Part shown: positions 39,660 through 48,960 of the stretch, piece by piece
Layout of the letters: each line of letters starts with the position of its first letter
Position numbering within the stretch: position 1 is the first letter of the stretch
DNA from: an uncultured Nitrospiraceae bacterium
GTDB lineage: Bacteria > Nitrospirota > Nitrospiria > Nitrospirales > Nitrospiraceae
Direction of reading: 5' to 3'
Length of the DNA stretch: 64,000 bases
NCBI GenBank assembly: GCA_963730935.1
Contig: CAVSTP010000002.1
Coordinates: forward strand, 704,001 to 768,000
Program-made: the position numbers and the translations under genes
Notes under the pieces: model-generated
Database searches by the model: none
The model's input: the letters and a program-made list of their open reading frames with translations, nothing else
What the model was told of the DNA's origin: nothing

Positions 39660-40501
39660 CCCTCCACACGTTTGAATTGTCAGGGGCGGACGGCAAACTG
39701 ATACGAGGCGATCGAGCCGACGGCAGCGGCCGTCAGATTCTTTTCATCACGGGCTTTCTCTCGAAGCGCTGGGGGAATAAGAGCAAGGCGCTGGCCCAAT
39801 GGTGCGCAGAACAGGGATGGGGCTTTTGCTGCTATGATGTTCGTGGATTCGGGGATTCCGAAGGGAAATTTGCGGACTACACGCTCTCGGATTGGATCGC
39901 TGATGCCCGGTCCGTGATCTCGATGTTGCTGGGCACAACAGATCTCACCCCACCCACCCCGGCGCGCCGAGACGCGCCCTTTCCCGAGCTCACCCGCCCA
40001 ACCCCAGCGCGCCAAGGCGCGCCCTTCCCCCGGCTCACCATCGTCGGAAATTCATTGGGCGGGTGGATCGCGTGGCTGATGGCACAAGAACGTGATCAGG
40101 TAGAGCGATTGATCCTCATCGCGCCGGCCTTCAACATCATGGGTATACGCGCGAAGGCCATCTCGCCCGAACGACGGCATGCTTGGCATAGCGCCGGATG
40201 GATGCCGTGGGACGATGATCCACTCCACCGGGATTGGCCGCTGTCCTGGAAATGGGTGGAAGAAAGCGAATCCTACTGGGCCTCGAGCTTCGATCGAATG
40301 AGGCCGTTGAAAACGTCGATTTTGCACGGGTCCGGCGACACAGTGATTTCTCCCGAAGGCAGCCGTGAATTTGTGGATCTCCTGCGCCGTCGGGATCCTT
40401 TCTATCCCGTAGAACTCCATCTCGTTTCGGGAGACCATCGGTTGAGCGGTCTCGAGCACATGGAACACTTGCGCCGGCTCCTTCTTGAGCCTATGGTCTA
40501 A
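39656..40501 (+). CDS. Alpha/beta hydrolase carrying a 30-aa repeat-derived insertion
   Basis: YDVRGFGDSEG, GNSLGG, LIAPA, HGSGDTVI, GDHRLS. Confidence 0.88.
   Translation: MTLHTFELSGADGKLIRGDRADGSGRQILFITGFLSKRWGNKSKALAQWCAEQGWGFCCYDVRGFGDSEGKFADYTLSDWIADARSVISMLLGTTDLTPPTPARRDAPFPELTRPTPARQGAPFPRLTIVGNSLGGWIAWLMAQERDQVERLILIAPAFNIMGIRAKAISPERRHAWHSAGWMPWDDDPLHRDWPLSWKWVEESESYWASSFDRMRPLKTSILHGSGDTVISPEGSREFVDLLRRRDPFYPVELHLVSGDHRLSGLEHMEHLRRLLLEPMV
39944..40033 (+). repeat. Two tandem 45-bp units inside the hydrolase CDS
   Basis: 39944-39988 and 39989-40033 are 36/45 identical by manual count; they encode LTPPTPARRDAPFPE and LTRPTPARQGAPFPR. Confidence 0.9.
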
Positions 40502-40509
40502 GGGCCAAC

Positions 40510-40680
40510 ATGCTCACGCTGATTCATAAGGAATGTGGTGGGCCGGCGCTTGAGCCAAACACGGCCGTTGGTGAAGTCTGCGCCCTTCCGGTCGACCGCC
40601 TCCCCTTCCCCTGCTTCAGCTGTCTGGAAGAAATCGTGGATGAATCGGAGCTCCGGCTGTCCGAAGAGCTGGGTATGTAG
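40510..40680 (+). CDS. Small (56 aa) putative zinc-ribbon protein, absent from the ORF track
   Basis: MLTLIHKECGGPALEPNTAVGEVCALPVDRLPFPCFSCLEEIVDESELRLSEELGM; HxxC...CxxC; starts 8 bp after the hydrolase stop with an AAGGG RBS-like site. Confidence 0.6.
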   Translation: MLTLIHKECGGPALEPNTAVGEVCALPVDRLPFPCFSCLEEIVDESELRLSEELGM

Positions 40681-40685
40681 CCAAT

Positions 40686-40805
40686 CTGTTGAAAAAGGCC
40701 TCATCGCACCCACCCGGCCCCTGCGCGCCGAGACGCGCTCTTCACCGAGCCTCGTTCTCAGTCGTCAGACTCCCTGCGGCCTCGCTGGACCGCCTCTCTG
40801 AACAG
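40686..40805. repeat. MITE/REP-like element containing the 45-bp module
   Basis: Terminal inverted repeats CTGTTGAAAAAGGC / GCCTCTCTGAACAG; 40705-40749 is 36/45 identical to 39944-39988. Confidence 0.7.
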
Positions 40806-40833
40806 CCTGAGCACGGAATTCAGGAACGGCGTT

Positions 40834-41616
40834 TCAGCTGTCCAAGAATTCTCGCAAGGCTTTGGCGGACGGTTTCTGAAAGGTCGCCAGCCGGCTGGCG
40901 CCGGTGCCGTTGAAACGGTTCAATGCCACCGCCGTTTCCGTCATCTTGGCCAGCACGGCGATGCAATTCAGGACCAGAGCCTTGCCGACTGTAAAGTTCT
41001 TTAGTCGTGAGAACAACAGAGAGGGAAGTCCACCTGCCGGTATGATCACTTCGATCCCATCCTTCACCAACGGTTCGACTTGCTTGCGGAATTGATGCAA
41101 GACCGTTTCGAACGTCTTTCTCTCGGTGAAAGCGCGCACCAGCAGTGCGGGATCCGTCTCGATTGCCTTCACGGCCACCACGCGGCGTGAGAGGCCATAA
41201 CGCTGAATCTGCTCCTCATGCATCGGGATGAACACGGGATTAATGGTGACCAACCCGATTTTCTGTCCCAGCGTGCAGGCATACAGCATGGCCGCTTCAC
41301 CTAAACCCAGCACCGGGATGTCCACCGTCGATCGCGCTTCGTAGAGACCGCCATCTTGAAAATGGCCAATCGCAAACGCGTCATACCCTTGCCGCTGCGC
41401 CTCGACGGCATGGCGGATGACCTGCCGCGCACAGCGAAACTCTGTTAGACGATGCAGTTGGAGATCTGGCGGCACGATGCCATGCACGTCAAATCTGACA
41501 TCCTTTCCTGCCATGCGGTTCAGCGCTTGCGCGAGGGTCTTGCCGTACGCGGATTGCTGATCCGGATCAACAAAACTCTGATACCAGATCTTGACGCGCC
41601 TCGGCTGGCTGGACAT
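40834..41616 (-). CDS. Asp/Glu/hydantoin racemase family protein
   Basis: GYDAFAIGHFQDGGLYEARSTVDIPVLGLGEAAM, GIEVIIPAGG. Confidence 0.8.
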   Translation of the reverse strand: MSSQPRRVKIWYQSFVDPDQQSAYGKTLAQALNRMAGKDVRFDVHGIVPPDLQLHRLTEFRCARQVIRHAVEAQRQGYDAFAIGHFQDGGLYEARSTVDIPVLGLGEAAMLYACTLGQKIGLVTINPVFIPMHEEQIQRYGLSRRVVAVKAIETDPALLVRAFTERKTFETVLHQFRKQVEPLVKDGIEVIIPAGGLPSLLFSRLKNFTVGKALVLNCIAVLAKMTETAVALNRFNGTGASRLATFQKPSAKALREFLDS

Positions 41617-41780
41617 GGTGGCTCTCCCGGGTACTCATGAACGGCCCCTCATGTACCACAAAAGGCGGTCGTCGGTCAGGTGCGTTCTGGTGTGGCGGTC
41701 GAAGGATTGTGCGGCGGCGCAAGCGTCTGGTAAGGTGCCAGCTTTGCCACGACACGATCAAAGAAGGAGCCACGAATCTC

Positions 41781-43463
41781 ATGGCCACGAACGACAAACA
41801 AGTCATTTTCTCTCTAGTCAACGTCGGCAAAGTGTATCCGCCGAAGAAGCAGGTCCTCCGTGAAATCTATCTCGGCTTCTATTATGGAGCCAAGATCGGC
41901 GTGCTCGGATTGAACGGATCCGGCAAGAGCAGTCTCCTCAAAATCATCGCGGGCGTCGATCAGAATTTCACCGGTGAAATTTCTCGCTCCAAAGGCTACA
42001 GCGTCGGCTTGCTCGAGCAGGAGCCGGAGCTCGATTCCAACAAGACCGTGAAAGAGGTGGTCGAAGAAGGTAAGAAAGAACTGGTGGCGTTGCTCAAAGA
42101 ATACGAAGCGGTGAGCAACAAGATCGGCGAATCATCACCGGACGAAATGGAGAAGTTGCTCGATAAGCAGGCGCAGCTCCAAGAGAAGATCGAAGCGGCG
42201 AACGGGTGGGAGCTGGAGAACCATCTGGAAATCGCGATGGACGCGCTTCGCTGTCCTCCCGCCGATCAAAAAATCGGCACGCTTTCTGGCGGGGAGAAAC
42301 GACGCGTTGCTCTGTGCCGGCTGATGATTCAGGAACCGGACATCCTGCTCCTCGACGAGCCCACGAACCATCTGGACGCGGAATCCGTCCAGTGGCTCGA
42401 GCAGCACCTCCAGCAGTACAAAGGCACTGTGATCGCTGTGACGCACGATCGATACTTTCTCGACAACGTTGCCGGTTGGATCCTCGAGCTCGACCGGGGC
42501 CACGGCATTCCATTTCAAGGCAACTATTCGTCGTGGTTGGAACAAAAGCAGGAACGGCTGGCCCAGGAGGAAAAGGCTGAATCCAAACGCAAGAAAACGC
42601 TGGAGCACGAGTTGGAATGGATCCGGATGTCGCCGAAGGCGCGCCAGTCGAAGGGGAGAGCCAGGCTGAACCGCTACGAAGAGCTGGTCAATCAGAAGCA
42701 GGAGCAACGCACCGAGGATCTGGAGATCTACATTCCGCCGGGGCCGCGTCTGGGCGATGTCGTCGTGCAGGCCAACGGAGTGACCAAGGGTTTTGGCGAT
42801 AAGCTCCTCTATGAAGGCATCAGCTTCGACCTGCCTAAGGGCGGGATCGTCGGTGTCATCGGTCCGAACGGCGCGGGAAAGACCACGCTCTTTACAATGA
42901 TCATCGGGAAAGACAAGCCTGATTCCGGCTCAATCAGGATCGGTGAAACCGTGAAGCTCGGCTATGTGGATCAGGACCGCAGCCTCGACGGCAACAAGAC
43001 CGTCTACGAAGTGATTTCCGAGGGGCAGGAGACGGTGAAGCTCGGCAAGGTTGAGGTCAATGCCCGGGGCTATTGCGCCCGGTTCAATTTCGCCGGCGCG
43101 GATCAGCAGAAGAAGGTGAAGGACCTGTCCGGTGGGGAGCGCAACCGCGTACATCTCGCACGCATGCTCAAGGAAGGGGCCAACCTCATCATCCTCGATG
43201 AGCCGACGAACGATCTTGACGTCAATACGCTGCGAGCACTGGAAGAAGGGCTTGAGAATTTCGCCGGCTGTGCGGTGATCAGCAGTCACGACCGGTGGTT
43301 TCTCGACCGGATTGCGACGCACATCCTGGCGTTCGAAGGCGACAGCAAAGTGGTCTGGTTCGAAGGCAACTATAGCGACTACGAGGCCGACCGAAAGAAG
43401 CGTCTCGGCAAGGAAGCGGATCAGCCGCATCGCATTCGGTATCGCAAGCTCACACGCCAATAA
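41781..43463 (+). CDS. ettA: Energy-dependent translational throttle ABC-F protein
   Basis: GAKIGVLGLNGSGKS, two ABC cassettes, ELDRGHGIPFQGNYSSWLEQK, C-terminal PHRIRYRKL; AAGGAG RBS before ATG 41781. Confidence 0.95.
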   Translation: MATNDKQVIFSLVNVGKVYPPKKQVLREIYLGFYYGAKIGVLGLNGSGKSSLLKIIAGVDQNFTGEISRSKGYSVGLLEQEPELDSNKTVKEVVEEGKKELVALLKEYEAVSNKIGESSPDEMEKLLDKQAQLQEKIEAANGWELENHLEIAMDALRCPPADQKIGTLSGGEKRRVALCRLMIQEPDILLLDEPTNHLDAESVQWLEQHLQQYKGTVIAVTHDRYFLDNVAGWILELDRGHGIPFQGNYSSWLEQKQERLAQEEKAESKRKKTLEHELEWIRMSPKARQSKGRARLNRYEELVNQKQEQRTEDLEIYIPPGPRLGDVVVQANGVTKGFGDKLLYEGISFDLPKGGIVGVIGPNGAGKTTLFTMIIGKDKPDSGSIRIGETVKLGYVDQDRSLDGNKTVYEVISEGQETVKLGKVEVNARGYCARFNFAGADQQKKVKDLSGGERNRVHLARMLKEGANLIILDEPTNDLDVNTLRALEEGLENFAGCAVISSHDRWFLDRIATHILAFEGDSKVVWFEGNYSDYEADRKKRLGKEADQPHRIRYRKLTRQ

Positions 43464-43541
43464 GCGGATCGGGGTTCCCTTTGCTGGGTGGTGTGATGAT
43501 TCCCTTCTCAGTGAGCCTTTGTATCAATCACAGGCGCTGAA

Positions 43542-44423
43542 ATGGCACCGCGTGCGATCATCACTGGAGCGGCGGGGTTGATCGGACAGTACCTCGTGAA
43601 ATCAGCTCCGCGCTGGGCGCCCGGCTGGACGGTGGAGGGGATCGCTCGGCCGGACCTGGATCTTACCGACCAGTCCGCAGTCTCTTCCGCCTTTCAACGA
43701 TACAATCCGGACCTCATCATTCATTGTGCGGCGTTGAGTCGCACCAAGGATTGTGAGCAAGACCCGGAAGGAGCCGCACGGATCAACGTCGCTGCCACGA
43801 GCCTGCTTTCGCGGATCGCCCGAAACACCCGGTTCGTGTTCCTGTCGAGCGGTGAAGTCTTTGACGGCTCAGCCGGCTGGTATGACGAGAATGCTCAGCC
43901 GAATCCCATCAATGTCTACGGACGAACGAAGCTTGAGGCCGAGCGCCTCGTGTTGCAAAATCCGGCACACACCGTCGTGCGCATTGTCCTGACGGCAGGA
44001 ACTTCAGAACATCGCAATCGGAGCTTCGTCGAGGACATGTGCCGGACCGCCAAGGCGGGGAAGGACATCACGCTGTATGCCGACGAGTTCCGCTGTCCGC
44101 TCCCGGCCGGTGCGGTCGCCCGGGCATTGTGGGAGCTGGCCCAGCAGCACAAGCCGGGCCTGTATCATCTTGGCGGCAGCGAGCGTCTCTCCCGTTGGGA
44201 AATCGGAGAACTCCTCGTCCCATGGTTTCCTGAACTGACCGGCCGGCTCATTCACGGCACGGCACGCAACCATCCGGGAGCGCCGCGGCCGGCGGACCTG
44301 TCCTTGTCCTGCGGCAAGATTCAGCAAGTGCTGTCTTTCCGTTTGCCGGGTTTGCGGTCTTGGCTCACAGCGAGGAGGCAGCCGGACCACGACCTCTGGG
44401 ATTATCACCATCATGACCTCTGA
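43542..44423 (+). CDS. RmlD-like (dTDP-4-dehydrorhamnose reductase family) SDR
   Basis: ITGAAGLIG, IHCAA, VFDG, PINVYGRTK, PRPADLSL. Confidence 0.85.
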   Translation: MAPRAIITGAAGLIGQYLVKSAPRWAPGWTVEGIARPDLDLTDQSAVSSAFQRYNPDLIIHCAALSRTKDCEQDPEGAARINVAATSLLSRIARNTRFVFLSSGEVFDGSAGWYDENAQPNPINVYGRTKLEAERLVLQNPAHTVVRIVLTAGTSEHRNRSFVEDMCRTAKAGKDITLYADEFRCPLPAGAVARALWELAQQHKPGLYHLGGSERLSRWEIGELLVPWFPELTGRLIHGTARNHPGAPRPADLSLSCGKIQQVLSFRLPGLRSWLTARRQPDHDLWDYHHHDL

Positions 44424-45216
44424 TCCGCTCTCATTGGTCCTTACTGGGTACGGAGCCATGGTGGTCTTCATGCTCGGCCTGTGGGCCGTGCAGTTGCGCG
44501 TGCGCAACGCTTCGATTGCGGACGTTGGTTTTTGCATAGGATTGATCGCTGTCGTGCTTTGGTATGCCCGAGAGGCGTCCGGAGAGACGGAGCGGAAGTT
44601 GCTGGTGATACTCATGGTGTGCCTGTACGCGGGTCGGCTTGGATTCTTTCTTCTCTTCAACCGCGTGATCGGTAAGGCGGAGGACGCCCGCTATCAGGAG
44701 TTGCGCCGGTCCTGGGGCACGCATGAGCGCTGGCGGATGTTCGGCTATTTCCAGCTGCAAGCGGCGGCGGTCACGGCGTTTTCATTGCCGTTTCTGGTCG
44801 TCATACAAAATCCGAGGCCGCCCTTCGGGCTCGGAGAATTGGCAGGTCTGCTGCTCTGGATTGGAGCCGTCTCTGGTGAAGCCGTTTCGGATTGGCAGCT
44901 GTCACGCTTTCGCGCCCACCCCTGGAATCGCGAGCGTGTGTGCCGCGACGGGTTTTGGTATTGGTCGCGTCATCCCAACTATTTCTTCGAGTGGCTTCAC
45001 TGGTGGGCCTATGTCGTCATGACCGTTGGCGCGCCTGGCTGGCCGTTGACGCTGATCGGTCCCATTGGGATGGGATGGGCGCTCATCAATGTCTCCGGGA
45101 TTCCTTTGGCGGAGCGGCAGGCTCTGAAGACGCGGGGACAGGACTATAGAGAATACCAAGAAACCACCAATGCGTTTGTGCCGTGGAAGCCCAAACGGCC
45201 GGTCAGCCAGCGTTAA
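44413..45216 (+). CDS. DUF1295 (steroid 5-alpha reductase-like) membrane protein
   Basis: EDARY, SDWQL, WSRHPNYFFEWL.W, SGIP, YQETTNAFVPW. Confidence 0.88.
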   Translation: MTSDPLSLVLTGYGAMVVFMLGLWAVQLRVRNASIADVGFCIGLIAVVLWYAREASGETERKLLVILMVCLYAGRLGFFLLFNRVIGKAEDARYQELRRSWGTHERWRMFGYFQLQAAAVTAFSLPFLVVIQNPRPPFGLGELAGLLLWIGAVSGEAVSDWQLSRFRAHPWNRERVCRDGFWYWSRHPNYFFEWLHWWAYVVMTVGAPGWPLTLIGPIGMGWALINVSGIPLAERQALKTRGQDYREYQETTNAFVPWKPKRPVSQR

Positions 45217-45427
45217 GCTTGGCGAGCCGTTCGCGGGCCGATTGCGCCTGCGGACTCGAAGGATACAAACGGATCACTTCTTCGTAGAGCTGCTTGGCAT
45301 GCGGAACGTTCATTTGCCGCTCTTCGAATTCGGCGGTCTCCAGCAGTTCCTTTGCCTTGTCGCCACTGCAGCCGCCCAGAACCAGCGAAAGCAGCAAGGC
45401 CGCGCCGGCCATATTCCTCAGGGTCAT
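45203..45427 (-). CDS. Small TPR-like lipoprotein
   Basis: Lipobox LGGC after a hydrophobic stretch; AKQLYEEVIRLYPSSPQA. Confidence 0.7.
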   Translation of the reverse strand: MTLRNMAGAALLLSLVLGGCSGDKAKELLETAEFEERQMNVPHAKQLYEEVIRLYPSSPQAQSARERLAKLNAG

Positions 45428-45468
45428 GGCGTAGTGTAGCCGGTTCTCGGCCTGCGACGCCAGGCGAA

Positions 45469-47040
45469 CTATTCGAGCCATTTTTGCCACCAGGAGGTGC
45501 TCCGAAGCCCCCGTCTGCCCGCATAGGAGGCGCCGCGCATCTTGTCCCAGTCCACCAGGACCTTTCCCTGGTTGGCTTCGTGCTGTAGCTGCCAGTTCTG
45601 GAGGAGGTTCAAGCACGCGTGGTCAATATGCCGTAAGGAGGTGCTATCCACGCTGATTTCCGCGAACGGCGGTGCAGTTTCCAGCGTTGCGGCCAGTCTC
45701 GGCAGGCTCACAAACGTGGCAATGCCTTGTAGATGAAGCGTGAGTCTCCCCGTCGCGGAATCCTGGTCAAAAAACGTTTCGAGATTCTGTGTCGTATACA
45801 GCAACTTGGCGAGCGCGAGGCACAACCCGAGAATCACCCCTGTCAGCAAATTCACGAAGACAATGGTACCCATGGTGGCAAAGAAGATGACCACTTCGCC
45901 GCGGCCGTGCTTCTTGAGTTCCGGAAGGACGCCGAAGTTCATGAGCTTGTAGCCGGTATACACCAGCACGGCGCCGAGGCTGGCGGTCGGGATGAAGCGG
46001 AGCACGGACGGCAAAATGGACACGAACACGAGCAGCCAGGCACCGTGAAAAATCGTCGAGGCTCTCGTCTTGGCGCCTGCCTCGACATTGGCGGAACTGC
46101 GAACGATGACGCCCGTCATGGGCAATGATCCGATGAATCCGCACAGCATGTTGCCCACGCCTTGCGCAAACAGCTCGCGGTTATATCGCGTACGCGGGCC
46201 GGTATGCAGCTGATCGACCGCCGACGCGGATAACAGCGTTTCGACGCTGGCGATGAATGCCAGGCCCAGGGCCTCCGCGAGGATGTCGGTATCCAAGAAA
46301 TGAGAGAGACTTTGGAGCGTGGGAATGTGAACGATGGAGAACAGATTGTCCTGCACCTCGATGCGCTGGATCGGAATCTCGAGAAGTGCGGACACGGCGG
46401 TCGCAACAGAGACGCCCATCAATACCGCCGGCATCACATGAAACCGTTTGGGGAGGATCAGGTTCCAGCACACCATCGTGCCGATGGTGAGCACGCCGAT
46501 CCGGGCGGCCAGATGATGATTCATTGGCGTGCTGTCGTCGTCGATCAGGCCTTTCCAGACGGCGGAGGGCAGGGAAAGAATATTCTCCAGGCCTGAGCCT
46601 TTGGGCAAATCATCGATCATGATGTGAAACTGACTGGCGAAGATGAGCGCACCGATGCCCGCCAGCATGCCGTGGATGACCGCCGGCGAGACGGCGCGAA
46701 ACCATTGCCCGAGCTGCAGCCACGACCAGAGGATTTGGATCAGGCCGGCCGCGATCACGATGACAGCGAAGGCTTCCAGCCCCTGGTCGCGAATCAGTTC
46801 ATACACGACCACGGTAAGACCGGCGGCAGGGCCGCTGACCTGCAACGGAGAGCCGGAGAGCCATCCGACGACGAGGCCCGCCACGATGCCGGTGACAATG
46901 CCGGACCCGGTGGGAGCGCCCGAGGCGATCGTGATGCCGATGCAGAGCGGGAGGGCCACCAAAAACACGACGACCGAGGACAACGCATCGTGGCGGAGAT
47001 CGGCAAACCTGTTATAAGAGCCGAAGGATTGGAAATTCAT
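45469..47040 (-). CDS. SulP/SLC26 family anion (possibly bicarbonate) transporter
   Basis: VVFLVALPLCIGI, QVSGPAAGL, ASVETLLS, RELFAQGVGN, PMTGVIVRSSAN; STAS-like tail. Confidence 0.92.
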   Translation of the reverse strand: MNFQSFGSYNRFADLRHDALSSVVVFLVALPLCIGITIASGAPTGSGIVTGIVAGLVVGWLSGSPLQVSGPAAGLTVVVYELIRDQGLEAFAVIVIAAGLIQILWSWLQLGQWFRAVSPAVIHGMLAGIGALIFASQFHIMIDDLPKGSGLENILSLPSAVWKGLIDDDSTPMNHHLAARIGVLTIGTMVCWNLILPKRFHVMPAVLMGVSVATAVSALLEIPIQRIEVQDNLFSIVHIPTLQSLSHFLDTDILAEALGLAFIASVETLLSASAVDQLHTGPRTRYNRELFAQGVGNMLCGFIGSLPMTGVIVRSSANVEAGAKTRASTIFHGAWLLVFVSILPSVLRFIPTASLGAVLVYTGYKLMNFGVLPELKKHGRGEVVIFFATMGTIVFVNLLTGVILGLCLALAKLLYTTQNLETFFDQDSATGRLTLHLQGIATFVSLPRLAATLETAPPFAEISVDSTSLRHIDHACLNLLQNWQLQHEANQGKVLVDWDKMRGASYAGRRGLRSTSWWQKWLE

Positions 47041-47127
47041 GGTCGATAAAGTTCTCTACGACCACTGTAGCCGACTCTCGAGTGTCTCCCAAGAGAATGC
47101 AGGAAATGGGCAGCTCTGGGAAGGGGT

Positions 47128-47433
47128 CTACGTACTGGCGTCAATGCCATACCTGGGAGCGGTGATGCTCTCGCCTCGGCAGCGTGGGCAGCGGCCCGGT
47201 CTGGTGAGTTTCGTGCGGTCGCGAAAGACAAAGCCGCAGTCCTGGCAGCAGGATGGTTCCAGGATGAAGCGTCGGGCTCGATCCCGCGCGACGGTTTTCA
47301 CGACATGTGTGAGATGATCTTCCACTTGCCGCTCAGGAATGCCGAGGAGTTGCGCAAGCTGGTAGGAGGACAGCCGGGATCCGGTCAAGAGCCCGACCAA
47401 GCGCTGACGCACCGTCTGTGACACAGGCGGCAT
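47128..47433 (-). CDS. HTH plus zinc-ribbon transcriptional regulator (COG3357-like)
   Basis: QLAQLLGIPERQVEDHLTHV, CQDCGFVF, PGRCPRCRGE. Confidence 0.8.
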   Translation of the reverse strand: MPPVSQTVRQRLVGLLTGSRLSSYQLAQLLGIPERQVEDHLTHVVKTVARDRARRFILEPSCCQDCGFVFRDRTKLTRPGRCPRCRGESITAPRYGIDAST

Positions 47434-47509
47434 GCCGGCCATCCTAGGGGAAGGGCGGCGTGAATTCCAAGTTGAATGCCTTCCGGGACTTTGGCAGGAT
47501 GAAGCCACG

Positions 47510-48955
47510 ATGCCTTTCACGCGTGTGGACGAAATGGCCGACCTGGCACTAAAGCGCGTGGCGGCTTCCGGCGCCGAGTACGGCGACATCCGCTTCCTCA
47601 AGAGCACCAGCCAAACCATCAGCGGTGAAGACCGGCGGATCGCATCCATCCGCGATATGGAGGACAGCGGGTTCGGCGTGCGTGTGCTCTATCACGGAGG
47701 GTGGGGGTTTGCCGCCAGCTCGGTGCTGTCCCTTGAGGAAATACCGCGTGTGGCCGACTTGGCCGTTGACATCGCCAGAGGATCGGCCTCTCTCGCCAGC
47801 GAAAAGACTCGATTGGTGGAGGAACCGGTCCACCGCGACCGGGTAGCGACCCAAAGCCGGATCGACCCCTTCACCGTGCCGCTCGATCGAAAAACGACGC
47901 TGCTGCGCGAGGTGATGGACTGTGTTCAGCGAGAACCGGAGATCGTTCGCAGCAGCGCAAGCCTCTGGGCACGCCGCGACCGCAAACTGTTCGTGTCGAC
48001 CGAGGGGACAAGGCTCGAATTTGACCTGTGCGCCGTGCAGGGCGAGTTCACTGCGACCGCCCGGTACGATGGCCGCTTCGCGTCCCGCACCTTCTCGACC
48101 CCACATTTGCGCACGGGCTATGAGTTGATCGAGGCAGCGGACTTCATGGCCCACGCGCCCCGAATCGCCTCGCAGGCGGTCGAAAAGGTCAAGGCGCCGA
48201 CCGTCCGGCCCGGCCTCTATGACCTCGTGCTGGATCCCGAGCATCTCTCCTTGACCATGCACGAATCCTGTGGCCATCCCAGCGAATTAGACCGCGCCTT
48301 GGGTTACGAAGCGAACTATGCCGGCACCAGTTTTCTCACTCCGGAGAAACGCGGCACCTTCCGGTACGGGTCCCCACATGTGAACCTCGTCGCAGATAAC
48401 ACCGAACCCGAGACCCTCGCCGCCACCGGATACGACGACGACGGGGTGGCGTGTCAACGGTGGGACATTGTCCGGGACGGCCTGTTCGTCGGCTATTGCA
48501 CCAACCGTGAGGTCGCCGCAAAGATCGGCGAAACCCGGTCGCGGGGCTCAAACCGGGCGGATAGTTGGGGCAGCGTCCCGATCGTGCGCATCGCCAATAT
48601 CGGCTTGGAACCCGGCTCGGCCTCGATGGACGATCTTCTTGCCGACGTGAAGCGGGGCATCTACATCGAAGGCCACGGGTCCTACAGCATCGATCAGCGG
48701 CGCTATAACTTCCAGTTCGGCGGCGATGCCTTCTGGTTGATCGAGAACGGCAAGCGCACCCACATGCTGCGGGACGTGATCTACCACGGGATCACGCCGG
48801 AATTCTGGAACAGCTGTGACGGCGTGGCCGACCGCCGCCATCGCTGCCGCTTCGGCTTCATCACATGCGGCAAAGGCCAGCCGGGCCAATCCGGTTGGAT
48901 GACGCATGCCGCGTCCCATGCGCGGTTCCGCCGTGTCGCGGTCATCAAAGGATAG
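47510..48955 (+). CDS. tldD: TldD family metalloprotease
   Basis: GFGVRVL..GGWGFA, HESCGHPSELDR, YDDDGV, CGKGQPGQ. Confidence 0.9.
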   Translation: MPFTRVDEMADLALKRVAASGAEYGDIRFLKSTSQTISGEDRRIASIRDMEDSGFGVRVLYHGGWGFAASSVLSLEEIPRVADLAVDIARGSASLASEKTRLVEEPVHRDRVATQSRIDPFTVPLDRKTTLLREVMDCVQREPEIVRSSASLWARRDRKLFVSTEGTRLEFDLCAVQGEFTATARYDGRFASRTFSTPHLRTGYELIEAADFMAHAPRIASQAVEKVKAPTVRPGLYDLVLDPEHLSLTMHESCGHPSELDRALGYEANYAGTSFLTPEKRGTFRYGSPHVNLVADNTEPETLAATGYDDDGVACQRWDIVRDGLFVGYCTNREVAAKIGETRSRGSNRADSWGSVPIVRIANIGLEPGSASMDDLLADVKRGIYIEGHGSYSIDQRRYNFQFGGDAFWLIENGKRTHMLRDVIYHGITPEFWNSCDGVADRRHRCRFGFITCGKGQPGQSGWMTHAASHARFRRVAVIKG

Positions 48956-48960
48956 CCGAA

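Noticed and set aside
39944..40039. CRISPR-like interpretation of the 45-bp repeats
   Set aside because: Units are adjacent without spacers, lie inside a CDS, and no cas genes are present
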